Shown piece after piece: positions 1-9,511 of a stretch of DNA of 64,000 bases (position 1 is the stretch's first letter; every line of letters starts with the position of its first letter). This DNA is from Candidatus Hydrothermarchaeum profundi (lineage in GTDB: Archaea > Hydrothermarchaeota > Hydrothermarchaeia > Hydrothermarchaeales > Hydrothermarchaeaceae). The notes below the pieces were generated by a model that saw only the letters and a list, made by a program, of their open reading frames with translations, had not been told where the DNA came from and searched no databases. Both the position numbers and the translations under genes were made by a program. The stretch covers positions 1,576,989 through 1,640,988 of the forward strand of contig MTMF02000009.1 in assembly GCA_002011125.2 (NCBI GenBank). Direction: 5' to 3'.

Positions 1-714
1 CCGCTCTTCTATTTTCTCAATATTATGATCCACTAGCTCTTGGAGTATCTCCCATTGACCTGTTACCGCTGGAGGAAAACCGCAACACCATTCCTCTTCA
101 GGATCTAACATTGTAAATTCAGTGCCAGAAGCTTTAAAGATCCGTAAAGCTCCCTCCACCATTGGAGCAGCATTATAGGATAACCCGCATCCCTCAAAAT
201 ATCCAACTTCAGCCTTCTCAGCGATCTTTATATCTTCTGGTAACCAGATTCTAAATCTTTCCTCTTGAGGTTGATTATAAATATTACGTGTTTCTTTTAC
301 AAATTTTACTAAATTTGGTATTCCACCAGGAGGTGTAACTCCTAAATCAACCATTTTCCGCCGTAGGGTCCACCATAACCTCTGGGTATGAATTCCTACC
401 TCACAAACCGGTCCACAGCCGCCACAGCCGGTACATGTATAAAGAGCGTCTATAAATTTCGCGAGACTCTCTTCGTCAATTGGCTTAGGTCCAAAAATTT
501 TTGCTCTAAGTCCATAAGCGTTATCAACAAACTTCTTAAACATCTTAATTTTAGAAGGAGTAGAAATAGAAGGATCCTTTGTTACATCCTGAATTGGACA
601 CCAATTAAGACATTCACTACATGTAACACATGCTTCAAGTTCAATTAACTGCTCTTTTGAGATATTATCAAGAAGATGCTTCAACTTCTCTTTCTCAAGG
701 GCTTCCTTACCCAA
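1..714 (-). CDS. HdrD/GlpC-like Fe-S oxidoreductase with CCG domain (runs off the window edge; absent from the ORF track)
   Basis: Manual translation from TTG at 714 (GGAGGT upstream): CVTCSECLNWCP, CTGCGGCGPVCE, YFEGC, WCCGFP; open to base 1. Confidence 0.85.
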   Translation of the reverse strand, partial: MGKEALEKEKLKHLLDNISKEQLIELEACVTCSECLNWCPIQDVTKDPSISTPSKIKMFKKFVDNAYGLRAKIFGPKPIDEESLAKFIDALYTCTGCGGCGPVCEVGIHTQRLWWTLRRKMVDLGVTPPGGIPNLVKFVKETRNIYNQPQEERFRIWLPEDIKIAEKAEVGYFEGCGLSYNAAPMVEGALRIFKASGTEFTMLDPEEEWCCGFPPAVTGQWEILQELVDHNIEKIEER

Positions 715-777
715 CCAAGCTACCTCCAAACTTCAACTTTATTATTCTCTTAATTCTCTTATATAGCATAGTAGTCA

Positions 778-1569
778 TTAAATTGGTCTAATTTCGGCAC
801 GCTTTGATGCTGCGTATGTAGTTATCTGTGCTGCAAATATATGGAAGAACTTCGAATAAGGAATGTAAGCAATAAAAATCAATGAAAAACTAGCGTGACT
901 AGCCCACATCAAAAGATATGCCGACTTCAAAGAAGTGGTAGTAGCTATGCCACCCAATGCCGAGGCGACTAATCCTCCTATAGGTGACCAATCCATATTC
1001 AATGGCTGTAAAATAGCAAGCCTTGCCCCTTCAACAAGGAACCCAGTAACGGTGATTAAAAGAAGTAGAGAGAGGATAATACCATCCTGCAAACTAACAA
1101 CCATCCGCTCCGGTTTTATTATATATTTCCTTATTAAAGCAACTATAACACCAACCATTAATACTACTCCCGCTATGTCCAAAATAAAAGAATAGACAAA
1201 GTAAACATTACCTCTCAAAAAACTAAACAAGTAATGGTCAATACTCGAGAGTAATGTACCTACAAAAAGTATTATAAAACTCCAGACTATTCCAGCTAAC
1301 ATTAAAGCTCTAAGAGGGCTTCTTCTATAAACTCTCCTAGCTAATAGGCACTCTAAAGCAAAAAATTTAGAAAAGCTCAATATAAAGAAGTTAAATACTC
1401 CAGCCCCTTTTAAGGGGCTCTCTTCCTCATCTTCACCTTTTAGCCAAATAGAAACCTTAACCCATAAACCAACAAAGAATATTACGATCACGGCAAAAGC
1501 AGCAGAATAAAACACTGCCTGTAAGCTTACAGGCACGTTCCAAAACACTTCTCTCAACGCCTCGCCCAT
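778..1569 (-). CDS. NarI/HdrE/DsrM-family membrane b-type cytochrome
   Basis: Multiple TM helices, TGFLVEGAR and PYSKFFH motifs; directly upstream of the HdrD-like gene. Confidence 0.8.
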   Translation of the reverse strand: MGEALREVFWNVPVSLQAVFYSAAFAVIVIFFVGLWVKVSIWLKGEDEEESPLKGAGVFNFFILSFSKFFALECLLARRVYRRSPLRALMLAGIVWSFIILFVGTLLSSIDHYLFSFLRGNVYFVYSFILDIAGVVLMVGVIVALIRKYIIKPERMVVSLQDGIILSLLLLITVTGFLVEGARLAILQPLNMDWSPIGGLVASALGGIATTTSLKSAYLLMWASHASFSLIFIAYIPYSKFFHIFAAQITTYAASKRAEIRPI

Positions 1570-1669
1570 AAAATAATCTAATTTCTATAGATATATAAAT
1601 TTTTCTAATAGCATTATCGAAAAAATTGTATGACTAAGATAATTTTAAGGGATAAGAAAGAAACACTAT

Positions 1670-2212
1670 TTACAATTTTTGAACATAACTTATCAATGAA
1701 ATTAACTGCTCTTCACTTAAGGGGCCCTCGTACATAAATGCAATTTTCCCTTCTCTAGAAACAAGCACAGTAGTAGGTATTACCCTGACTCCATAGAGGA
1801 AAGTCAGTTCAGCTTTTGAATCTAAAGCAATAGGATAAGTAATATTGAACTCTTTTACAAAATTCTCTATATCTTTTTTATCTTCTCCATTATTAATTCC
1901 GATAAGTACAAAATTTTCGCTTTGATATTTCTTCCATACCCTCTCAAGTTCCGGGGCTTCAAATCTGCATGAAGGGCACCATGAAGCCCAAAAGTTTAGA
2001 ACTACTACCTTACCATAATAGTCTTCTAAATTAATATTCCCGCCGTTCAAAGAGGGTAACGAGAATTCTGGAGCCGTAAAATTTATTATAGGCAAGTCTT
2101 GTGCTTCAATATTTATTTCCTCCACACCTTCGAGCGATAAGCACCCTAAAAGAAATATAAGAAAGCCCAAAAAAATGAGATGTTTCATACTGTCAACCCT
2201 TTTAACAATCAC
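1670..2212 (-). CDS. TlpA/ResA-like thiol-disulfide oxidoreductase, probable lipoprotein
   Basis: NFWASWCPSC motif, hydrophobic N-terminus with LLGC. Confidence 0.85.
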   Translation of the reverse strand: MIVKRVDSMKHLIFLGFLIFLLGCLSLEGVEEINIEAQDLPIINFTAPEFSLPSLNGGNINLEDYYGKVVVLNFWASWCPSCRFEAPELERVWKKYQSENFVLIGINNGEDKKDIENFVKEFNITYPIALDSKAELTFLYGVRVIPTTVLVSREGKIAFMYEGPLSEEQLISLISYVQKL

Positions 2213-2807
2213 AATCCGGATTATTTTTTACTTCTACCTTGCTGCGCCAAGTTACTTCATATGTTTTCTCAGGGGGCGGAGCTTGAATGTACACTTTATA
2301 TAATCCAAGTTGCTCTACATCATAGTTGGTAGGTATTCTAGCTAAATAAACGCCAGTATCTCCTATCTCTTTCGAATATCTTTCTTCTATCTCATTCAAT
2401 TCTAAACCTTTTCCACCATAAATTATAATCGAATAATAAGGCCTGCTCCCATATTTCTTTAAAGAATCGATGTCGTAAAAAATTAATACTTGGTCTGTTG
2501 TTTTATCAAAACCAGGGGAGGTAACTTCGGGTATTCCATCGCCAGGGATTATCGTTAGCTTTTTCTCTATCTCATCCGGCCCCCATCGATGAAATGATCT
2601 TTGAAAAGGCCCTCCGACAATATTCGGTTTGACTTCTTCTGGAATAACTATTTTATAACCGATTATTCCATTTATACTAGCTTTTTTTAACCATCTAGTA
2701 TCGGGATCCTTCTCAAAAGCAATAAGATTCCCGCTAATATAACTGATCACTGTAAAAAGGGCGAATAATAGACTTATGATAAGAATTAACCTTTTCTTAT
2801 AGAACAT
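2202..2807 (-). CDS. Hypothetical exported or membrane-anchored protein
   Basis: 201 aa ORF, N-terminal signal/TM segment, overlaps the TlpA start. Confidence 0.6.
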   Translation of the reverse strand: MFYKKRLILIISLLFALFTVISYISGNLIAFEKDPDTRWLKKASINGIIGYKIVIPEEVKPNIVGGPFQRSFHRWGPDEIEKKLTIIPGDGIPEVTSPGFDKTTDQVLIFYDIDSLKKYGSRPYYSIIIYGGKGLELNEIEERYSKEIGDTGVYLARIPTNYDVEQLGLYKVYIQAPPPEKTYEVTWRSKVEVKNNPDCDC

Positions 2808-2983
2808 TTATTTTGAAAAGAATAACTTAACCACAAAAATGATTTCGAAAAAAACGAATATCAAATCGAAATTTTTAAATATTTATTATACCATAGTATT
2901 TTTGCACAAGGGGAGAATAGTAGAGTAGTTTTACTCTTCACCTCCTCCATTCCCCCCCTTGTGTCCTTCCCTTTTTTTGAAAA

Positions 2984-3565
2984 CTAATTTCTATGTAATT
3001 TAATAATTACAGAAGGTTTTTTATCGAATGTTCCCCAGTACCACCTAAACTCTTCAGGAGCTGCTTCAAGGGGTATTTCAAATACTATCCAACCATCATA
3101 TTTTTGTCCGGGTAACAAGGTCTGTATAGACATAAACATTGGAAAATAATATTTGGATATTTCATCTGGCGTAGAATCGCGCAGTATCTTTGAGGTTATC
3201 CCTGGACTGTAAGTCTCTCCATCCACAGTCCGTAACTCCTTCCAATCATAGCCTAGCAGATGAAATCGTTCTTCCCCTATATTAGTTATCTCCAGATGAA
3301 TTAGGACGAATTTAAAACCTGGTGGTGCTCTGATTGTTTCATAGCCTCCTTCCGTTACATAAGTGCCAAAAGGATACTCCTCAGCAAGAAAGGATTTCCT
3401 AACAACCACGTTGCTGGTTTTATACTCTACAACACGTAGGGAGATATTTCCACTTTCAGGAGATTTAGATATAGTACCTTCCCCCCTAAAATAGGATATT
3501 ACCAATGATAACAGTAGTACAAGGATAATCCATTTTATAATTTTTCTCATTATTATATAGTTCAA
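2984..3565 (-). CDS. DUF4352-like exported Ig-fold protein
   Basis: N-terminal TM; G.KFV...EITNIG and LLPGQKYDGWIVFEIP patterns. Confidence 0.65.
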   Translation of the reverse strand: MNYIIMRKIIKWIILVLLLSLVISYFRGEGTISKSPESGNISLRVVEYKTSNVVVRKSFLAEEYPFGTYVTEGGYETIRAPPGFKFVLIHLEITNIGEERFHLLGYDWKELRTVDGETYSPGITSKILRDSTPDEISKYYFPMFMSIQTLLPGQKYDGWIVFEIPLEAAPEEFRWYWGTFDKKPSVIIKLHRN

Positions 3566-3617
3566 AATTATTGTATTGGTAACATTATTAAATTTCTTCC
3601 TAATTTGTAAAAAAGGT

Positions 3618-4418
3618 TTAATGTCCCTCTTTCAACTCTAACTCTTTGCCTCGTTTTAATTCCTCTGAAAGTATCGACGCAACTTTATTCGCATATTCTA
3701 AGACTTTTAGATCATCTCTCGCAACTTCCCATCTCTCCTTAGGGAGATCTATGTCTATAATTTCCTTTATTTTACCAGGCCTTGCTGACATACAAACGAC
3801 TCTTTGAGACAGGTAAACCGCTTCCTCTACATCATGGGTTACAAAAAGTACTGTCTTATTTTCGTTATACCAATATTTTAGTAGTTCAACTTGTAGATAC
3901 CTACGAGTATGCCAGTCTAGTGAACTCGTTGGCTCATCGCAAAGAACAATATCTGGGTCCAGAGCACATACCCTCGCCATTCCCACCATTTGCTTTTGGC
4001 CCTCAGATATCTCATGAGGGTACTTATCCTTAAAATTGTCTACACCTATTATCTTCATCCATTTATCTCCTACTCTCCTCACTTCATCTTTAGGAAGCCC
4101 CTTATTTTCTAATCCAAAGTAAATATTTTCCTGAGCAGTCATCCATGGCAGGAGACGAATATCTTGATAAATAACAGATCTTCGCCAGTCACAATTTTTA
4201 AATACTTTTTCCCCATTAAATAAAACTTCTCCCTCCTGGTAATCTTCAAGACCCGCCGCGATTCTGAGAAATGTGGTCTTACCGCACCCAGAAGGGCCTA
4301 TTATCGATACGAACTCTCCATCATAAATCTCTAAACTCACTCTATCAAGGGCCCATATATCCGGGGGGTATACCTTTGTTAAATTCGTTGCTTTTAAAAT
4401 CACCTTGGAATTATTCAT
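3618..4418 (-). CDS. NitT/TauT-family ABC transporter ATPase
   Basis: GPSGCGKTT, ISEGQKQ, LCDEP, VTHD. Confidence 0.9.
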   Translation of the reverse strand: MNNSKVILKATNLTKVYPPDIWALDRVSLEIYDGEFVSIIGPSGCGKTTFLRIAAGLEDYQEGEVLFNGEKVFKNCDWRRSVIYQDIRLLPWMTAQENIYFGLENKGLPKDEVRRVGDKWMKIIGVDNFKDKYPHEISEGQKQMVGMARVCALDPDIVLCDEPTSSLDWHTRRYLQVELLKYWYNENKTVLFVTHDVEEAVYLSQRVVCMSARPGKIKEIIDIDLPKERWEVARDDLKVLEYANKVASILSEELKRGKELELKEGH

Positions 4419-5197
4419 GCTTCTACCTCATGCGGACTTTTAGTAAACGCTTCTTCGAATTTGCTTCTAACTGTCTCAACATAATGGGCGCATTCCTTGC
4501 TAAATCTCAGATTTGGAACTTCCCATCTCTTCTCGGGCAAATTAATATCAATTTTATCATAGATCGTACCTGGCAGGGAAGACATGACATAAACCTTCTG
4601 TGAAAGATAGACTGCTTCTTCTAATAAATGGGTCACATATACCACTGTACACCCTTTTTCATGCATTAGCTTTAAAAAGTCATCTGCTATATTACTCCGG
4701 GTCACAAGATCTAACCCGCCTAGTAGCTCATCGCATAATAGAATTGAAGGATTATTAACCATGATCATCGCAATAGTGGCTCTCCTCTGCATACCTCCAG
4801 AAAGCTCATACGGCCATTTTTCAGCAAACTTATCTATACCTAAAGTGGAAAGCCATTGTAGAGCATCTTCCCTAGCTTTTTTCTTATCTACGCCTTTAGA
4901 AATTGGCCCAAAAGTAACGTTATCTATTATCTTCATCCATGGAAAGAGAACAGTTTCTTGGAAAACCATCCCAATTTCAGGACTAGTACCTCTGACTTCT
5001 TTTTCCAGTACTTTGATACTCCCCTCTGAAGGGGTCTCTAGACCTGCGATTAGCCTAAGTAGAGTACTTTTACCGTTAGCCTGAGGCCCAACTATAGAGA
5101 TAAATTCGCCACTATTTACTTCTAGATTTACATTTTTCAAGATATATTCTCCATTCACCGTCTTTTTCCCTAATCCCTTAACTTCGATTGCTTTCAT
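4415..5197 (-). CDS. NitT/TauT-family ABC transporter ATPase
   Basis: GPQANGKST, LSGGMQRR, LLCDE, VTH. Confidence 0.9.
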   Translation of the reverse strand: MKAIEVKGLGKKTVNGEYILKNVNLEVNSGEFISIVGPQANGKSTLLRLIAGLETPSEGSIKVLEKEVRGTSPEIGMVFQETVLFPWMKIIDNVTFGPISKGVDKKKAREDALQWLSTLGIDKFAEKWPYELSGGMQRRATIAMIMVNNPSILLCDELLGGLDLVTRSNIADDFLKLMHEKGCTVVYVTHLLEEAVYLSQKVYVMSSLPGTIYDKIDINLPEKRWEVPNLRFSKECAHYVETVRSKFEEAFTKSPHEVEA

Positions 5198-5210
5198 GCC
5201 AAATCCCCTT

Positions 5211-6173
5211 TTAAATCCTCCTCATCCACCTTAGGAGCCTTGCTTGAACCATATCAAAACCGAATGTAATCCAGAAAAAGACCCAGAAGGATATCAGTAG
5301 TATAGCGGCTACCACTTTATCAAAATATCCAATATCAGTATGATACATCAAATAGAATCCAAGTCCTGTATGTGCCCCAACCATTTCTCCAGCCGTTAAC
5401 AGCACAAATGCCAAAACGAGGCCAATCAAACACCCAGCAAGAATAGTCGGCATAGCGCTAGGAATAATGATCCTTCTTAATATCCTTTTCTCACTTGCTC
5501 CTAATATTTTTGCAAATTCGATGTACCTTCGGTCTACATTGTAGACTCCAAACAAAGTATTGATGAAAATAGGCCAAAACGCCCCTATATACACCATGAA
5601 AATTATCGCATGGCTTATAGAAGGAAATACAGCAATAGCATATGGCAAATAGACCACCGGAGGCACATGCGCAGTAACTTTCGCAAGAGGGTAAGCCACC
5701 TCAAATCTTCTCATTGTCCTACCAAACCATATACCCCCTGGAATACCTGTAATTAAAGCCAGAAAATATCCGGCAAAAGCTCTAAAAATTGAATCCCTTG
5801 AACTCTTATAAGTTAAGAAGTAAAAATCTGAATAAAAGACATCAAAAACAGTGTTTGGAGAAGGAAAACTGTGAGTATTAAGCTTCCCTATCTTGCCGAC
5901 CACTACAAGCCACAGAAAGAAAAATACTCCAAAGACCAACGCAGCATTCATTACTGTTATCACTCGCGCTTTCGGTTGCTTTTTTAATAAAATTCCGAAT
6001 ACGAGATAAGACAAGAGGATCAAAGTAAAGATCATTATTATAGAATTAAATACCTCTTTAGGCTGATTTGGTCTATTAGCGGCATCTGGCAATGTCACGT
6101 TTAACAAGATTAGGAAAGGCCAAATTAGCAAACCTGCTAATGCTATCACAGCCTCACTCTTAGTTAGTCTCAT
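5211..6173 (-). CDS. NitT/TauT-family ABC permease
   Basis: FPSP motif, EAA loop (IEFAKILGAS), GLGF. Confidence 0.9.
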   Translation of the reverse strand: MRLTKSEAVIALAGLLIWPFLILLNVTLPDAANRPNQPKEVFNSIIMIFTLILLSYLVFGILLKKQPKARVITVMNAALVFGVFFFLWLVVVGKIGKLNTHSFPSPNTVFDVFYSDFYFLTYKSSRDSIFRAFAGYFLALITGIPGGIWFGRTMRRFEVAYPLAKVTAHVPPVVYLPYAIAVFPSISHAIIFMVYIGAFWPIFINTLFGVYNVDRRYIEFAKILGASEKRILRRIIIPSAMPTILAGCLIGLVLAFVLLTAGEMVGAHTGLGFYLMYHTDIGYFDKVVAAILLISFWVFFWITFGFDMVQARLLRWMRRI

Positions 6174-6177
6174 AATC

Positions 6178-7140
6178 TCACTCTACCCTCCTCTGCCATT
6201 TCAATAACCTACTTTGAATTCTATCTGATATACCTGTCCACACTACTACCACAAACGCAATCAAGAAAATAGCAGCGACTATTTTATCATATTCAAATAG
6301 ATCAGCATAATACAGGACATACCATCCTAGTCCTGGTTCAGAGTGAGATCCGCCAATACCCTCTGCCACAGCCAGTACTATGAATGCAAGGACTAACCCA
6401 ATAAATAATCCAGCATAAATAGAAGGTAAAGCTCCGGGGAAAAGTACTTTAGTATACAATCTTTTCTCACTAACACCGAGAGTTCGCGCTGCTTCTATAT
6501 ACTTCACGTCTAGCGTTCTCACACCGTAGATTGTATTAACTATTATCGGCCAAAAGGCACCAATAAAGATGATAAAGAGTACAGCCTGATCAATTTTTGG
6601 GAAAAGTTCTATCGCATAAGGTACAAGTATTATTGGAGGAATCGGAGCAACAACTTTAGCAACAGGATAGTATAATCTATCATGAAGATTTGGATATCTT
6701 CCAACTATTAAGCCCAAGGGAATTGCAAATATAATTGCCACAAAATAGCCAATCGCTAAACGCTTTACAGTAGCTAAAGTACTCTTGACAACTAATAAAT
6801 CAAAGTCCGCTAAATAGTAGTAGAAAACCTGGTTCGGTGATGGCCAACGAAGAGGATCCAAAAATCCTAACTTACCGATTGTGACCAGCCATAAGAAAAA
6901 AATACTCCCAAAAATTAGGGATATATCCATTATGGTCCTAACCCGTGTAGGAGATTGTCTTTTCATAAAGTGCCCATAAACAAGGAAAAACAAGGCAAAT
7001 AAAAAAAATGTAAACATCATGCCGTTAAAAACTAATTTTGGTTGATTGGGCCTATTTGCTGCATCCGGAATAAGATAATTTAATATAATAATCAACAGAA
7101 ATATGGACGTTATCGCCGTATATTTTAAACCTCTTGACAT
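6178..7140 (-). CDS. NitT/TauT-family ABC permease
   Basis: WPSP motif, IEAARTLGVS loop, GLGW. Confidence 0.9.
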   Translation of the reverse strand: MSRGLKYTAITSIFLLIIILNYLIPDAANRPNQPKLVFNGMMFTFFLFALFFLVYGHFMKRQSPTRVRTIMDISLIFGSIFFLWLVTIGKLGFLDPLRWPSPNQVFYYYLADFDLLVVKSTLATVKRLAIGYFVAIIFAIPLGLIVGRYPNLHDRLYYPVAKVVAPIPPIILVPYAIELFPKIDQAVLFIIFIGAFWPIIVNTIYGVRTLDVKYIEAARTLGVSEKRLYTKVLFPGALPSIYAGLFIGLVLAFIVLAVAEGIGGSHSEPGLGWYVLYYADLFEYDKIVAAIFLIAFVVVVWTGISDRIQSRLLKWQRRVE

Positions 7141-7274
7141 ACACCTCGTTCTTACAAAAAGATATTAGCATATATAAATTTTTCGATATTAATAACGGTT
7201 TTTTCGATAAAACTAAGAAAGATTTATAAATAACTTTCCTCCTAAAATTTAAGAAATTATACGGAGGTACACGT

Positions 7275-7745
7275 ATGTGGGAAAAGATACTTGTAGCATT
7301 TGATGGCTCATTACAGGCGGAACGGGCAGTTACTATAGCTGGAGACCTCGCGCAAAAATATGGGTCAGAACTGACGATTATAAATGTTTATGACGAAAGG
7401 ATATACGAAGAAATTAATAGGAAGCTTCCAAAAATTGCCTATGAATCAAATGTAGAAAAAAGCTCAATGAGACCTATAGATGAATTTATACGGGATGCTG
7501 AAAAAATCGCAGAAAGTGGTGCAGAGATACTAAAGAACATGAAAGTAGATGTCAAGGTCAACACGGTCGGCAGATTAGGCGACCCCGCTAAGGAGATAGT
7601 TGAGTATGCAAAAGAGGGAAATTTCCAATTAATCATCGTTGGCTATAGAGGAATAACTGGGGTAAAAAGATACCTTATGGGCAGTGTTTCAAGAAAAGTA
7701 GTGGAGCATTCACCGTGCTGTACCCTAGTAACAAAGGTGAAATAA
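7275..7745 (+). CDS. Universal stress protein (UspA family)
   Basis: KILVAFDGS; GYRG...MGSVS.KVV. Confidence 0.9.
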   Translation: MWEKILVAFDGSLQAERAVTIAGDLAQKYGSELTIINVYDERIYEEINRKLPKIAYESNVEKSSMRPIDEFIRDAEKIAESGAEILKNMKVDVKVNTVGRLGDPAKEIVEYAKEGNFQLIIVGYRGITGVKRYLMGSVSRKVVEHSPCCTLVTKVK

Positions 7746-8783
7746 ATGGCTACTATATCAATGAAAGAACGATTTGAACATGCCTTAACATTGCAGGAAG
7801 TAGACCGCGTTCCAGTAATAGTTCCACTAAATACAGGCATACAAGACTTAATGAAAGCATCAAATTGTTATTGGCCAGATGCCCAACGAGAAAGCGGCAA
7901 AATGATTAAACTAGCGTTAGCGGCTCATGAAATAGCCGGGATCGAGAACGTGACTGTACCCTTTGATAATTTTCTTGAGGTCGAGGCGATGGGATGTAAA
8001 CTAGAAGGGTGGTCAGAAAAAAGCCAACCGAAACCAGTTCCACTAATCGACAATCCGCCTGATTTTAAAAAAATTAGGATACCAAACCCAGAAACAGATG
8101 GAAGGATGCCTATAGTGCTAGAATCGATCCAAAAACTTTCAGGCAATATAGGCGATAAACTTCCTATAATCGCCTATATTTCAGCGCCTTTTGAAATCGT
8201 GTCAACAATTTGGAATCCCAACACTTTGATTAACTATATAGAATATGATACAACGCCTCTTAAGGTTTTATTAGATAAAGTAACATCATTCGTTATTACA
8301 TACGGTAAAGCTCTCGTCAACAGCGGAGCAACAACATTAACGCTAGTTGACGGAAATTCCCAGAATCTTTTTGGTATTGATATGGGTATGGAGTACGCAT
8401 TCGATGGAGTCGAGCCAGAATACTATGAAGAATTTTCATATAAATACGTTAAAAAAGTGATAAAAGCATTGAAAGTTCCTGTGATATACCATGTATGCGG
8501 TGATACTACACCCATACTTGATCACATGGCTGAAACAGGAGCTATGGGCTTGAGTGTTGACCGTGTAGAGATACGTACATGTAAAGAAATAGTTGGAGAT
8601 AATGCGGCGGTTATTGGTAATATTTCGGTCGAAACACTTTGGAAAGGCGCACAAACCGAAATAGAAAAAGAGGCCAAAAGAGCTATTGAACAAGGCGTAG
8701 ATATTCTTGCCCCGGGTTGCAATCTAGTTCCGACAACTCCCCTAGAAAACGTAAGGGCTATGGTCAACACGGTGCTTAAATAA
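7746..8783 (+). CDS. MtaA/CmuA-family (UroD superfamily) corrinoid methyltransferase
   Basis: Zn ligands HVCG and APGC; EVEAMGC; GRMP.VL. Confidence 0.88.
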   Translation: MATISMKERFEHALTLQEVDRVPVIVPLNTGIQDLMKASNCYWPDAQRESGKMIKLALAAHEIAGIENVTVPFDNFLEVEAMGCKLEGWSEKSQPKPVPLIDNPPDFKKIRIPNPETDGRMPIVLESIQKLSGNIGDKLPIIAYISAPFEIVSTIWNPNTLINYIEYDTTPLKVLLDKVTSFVITYGKALVNSGATTLTLVDGNSQNLFGIDMGMEYAFDGVEPEYYEEFSYKYVKKVIKALKVPVIYHVCGDTTPILDHMAETGAMGLSVDRVEIRTCKEIVGDNAAVIGNISVETLWKGAQTEIEKEAKRAIEQGVDILAPGCNLVPTTPLENVRAMVNTVLK

Positions 8784-8792
8784 TTTATATTT

Positions 8793-9485
8793 ATGACAAA
8801 AAACATAGCAGACCAGATAAAAGATTATGCACTTAAAAATGGGGCAAAACTAGTAGGTATAGCAGATTCAAGATTACTGGATAAAAAAGCCCCACGGGGG
8901 CATAGGCCACAGGACATCTTAAGTGATGCAAAATCTGTAATTGTGGTTGCAGTTCCACAACCTAGGGGGATTATAAGTGATTCATTGCCAACCGAATATA
9001 CTAGGTGCATATACACTGCCGAAATAAAATTAGAACTACTGACATTCGATATATCGAATATAATAGACGAAAAAGGTTACAAATCAATTCCTATACCTGT
9101 TAAAATGGAATATAGCATGGATGTTGAAAAATTAATGGGGGATATATCGCATAAACATGCTGCAGTATATGCTGGACTTGGGCAAATTGGAAAAAATTCT
9201 CTTTTAATAACACCAGAATACGGAAATAGGGTGTACTTGGCATCCATAGTAACCAATGCTCCCATGAGCTACGATATTCCATTTAAGAAACAATTTTGCG
9301 ATAAGGAATGCCAAAAATGTATAGAAGCTTGTCCAGTAAGGGCTATTCCAAAAGATGGAAGTGCCCTAATAGACAAAATGAAATGCTATCTGTATTGTAA
9401 AACTCAAAAGGAGCGCTATCCAATTACGAAGGGCCTATACTCCTGCAGAGAGTGCAGGAGGGTCTGCCCATTTTCAAAAGTTTAG
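8793..9485 (+). CDS. QueG/reductive-dehalogenase-like cobalamin Fe-S protein
   Basis: SHKHAAVYAGLGQIGKNSLLITPEYG; CQKCIEACP; CRECRRVCP. Confidence 0.8.
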   Translation: MTKNIADQIKDYALKNGAKLVGIADSRLLDKKAPRGHRPQDILSDAKSVIVVAVPQPRGIISDSLPTEYTRCIYTAEIKLELLTFDISNIIDEKGYKSIPIPVKMEYSMDVEKLMGDISHKHAAVYAGLGQIGKNSLLITPEYGNRVYLASIVTNAPMSYDIPFKKQFCDKECQKCIEACPVRAIPKDGSALIDKMKCYLYCKTQKERYPITKGLYSCRECRRVCPFSKV

Positions 9486-9511
9486 CCCGGTATGCAACAT
9501 GATTCCTTATC

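Noticed and set aside
388-648. 86-aa plus-strand ORF
   Set aside because: Antisense shadow of the HdrD-like gene
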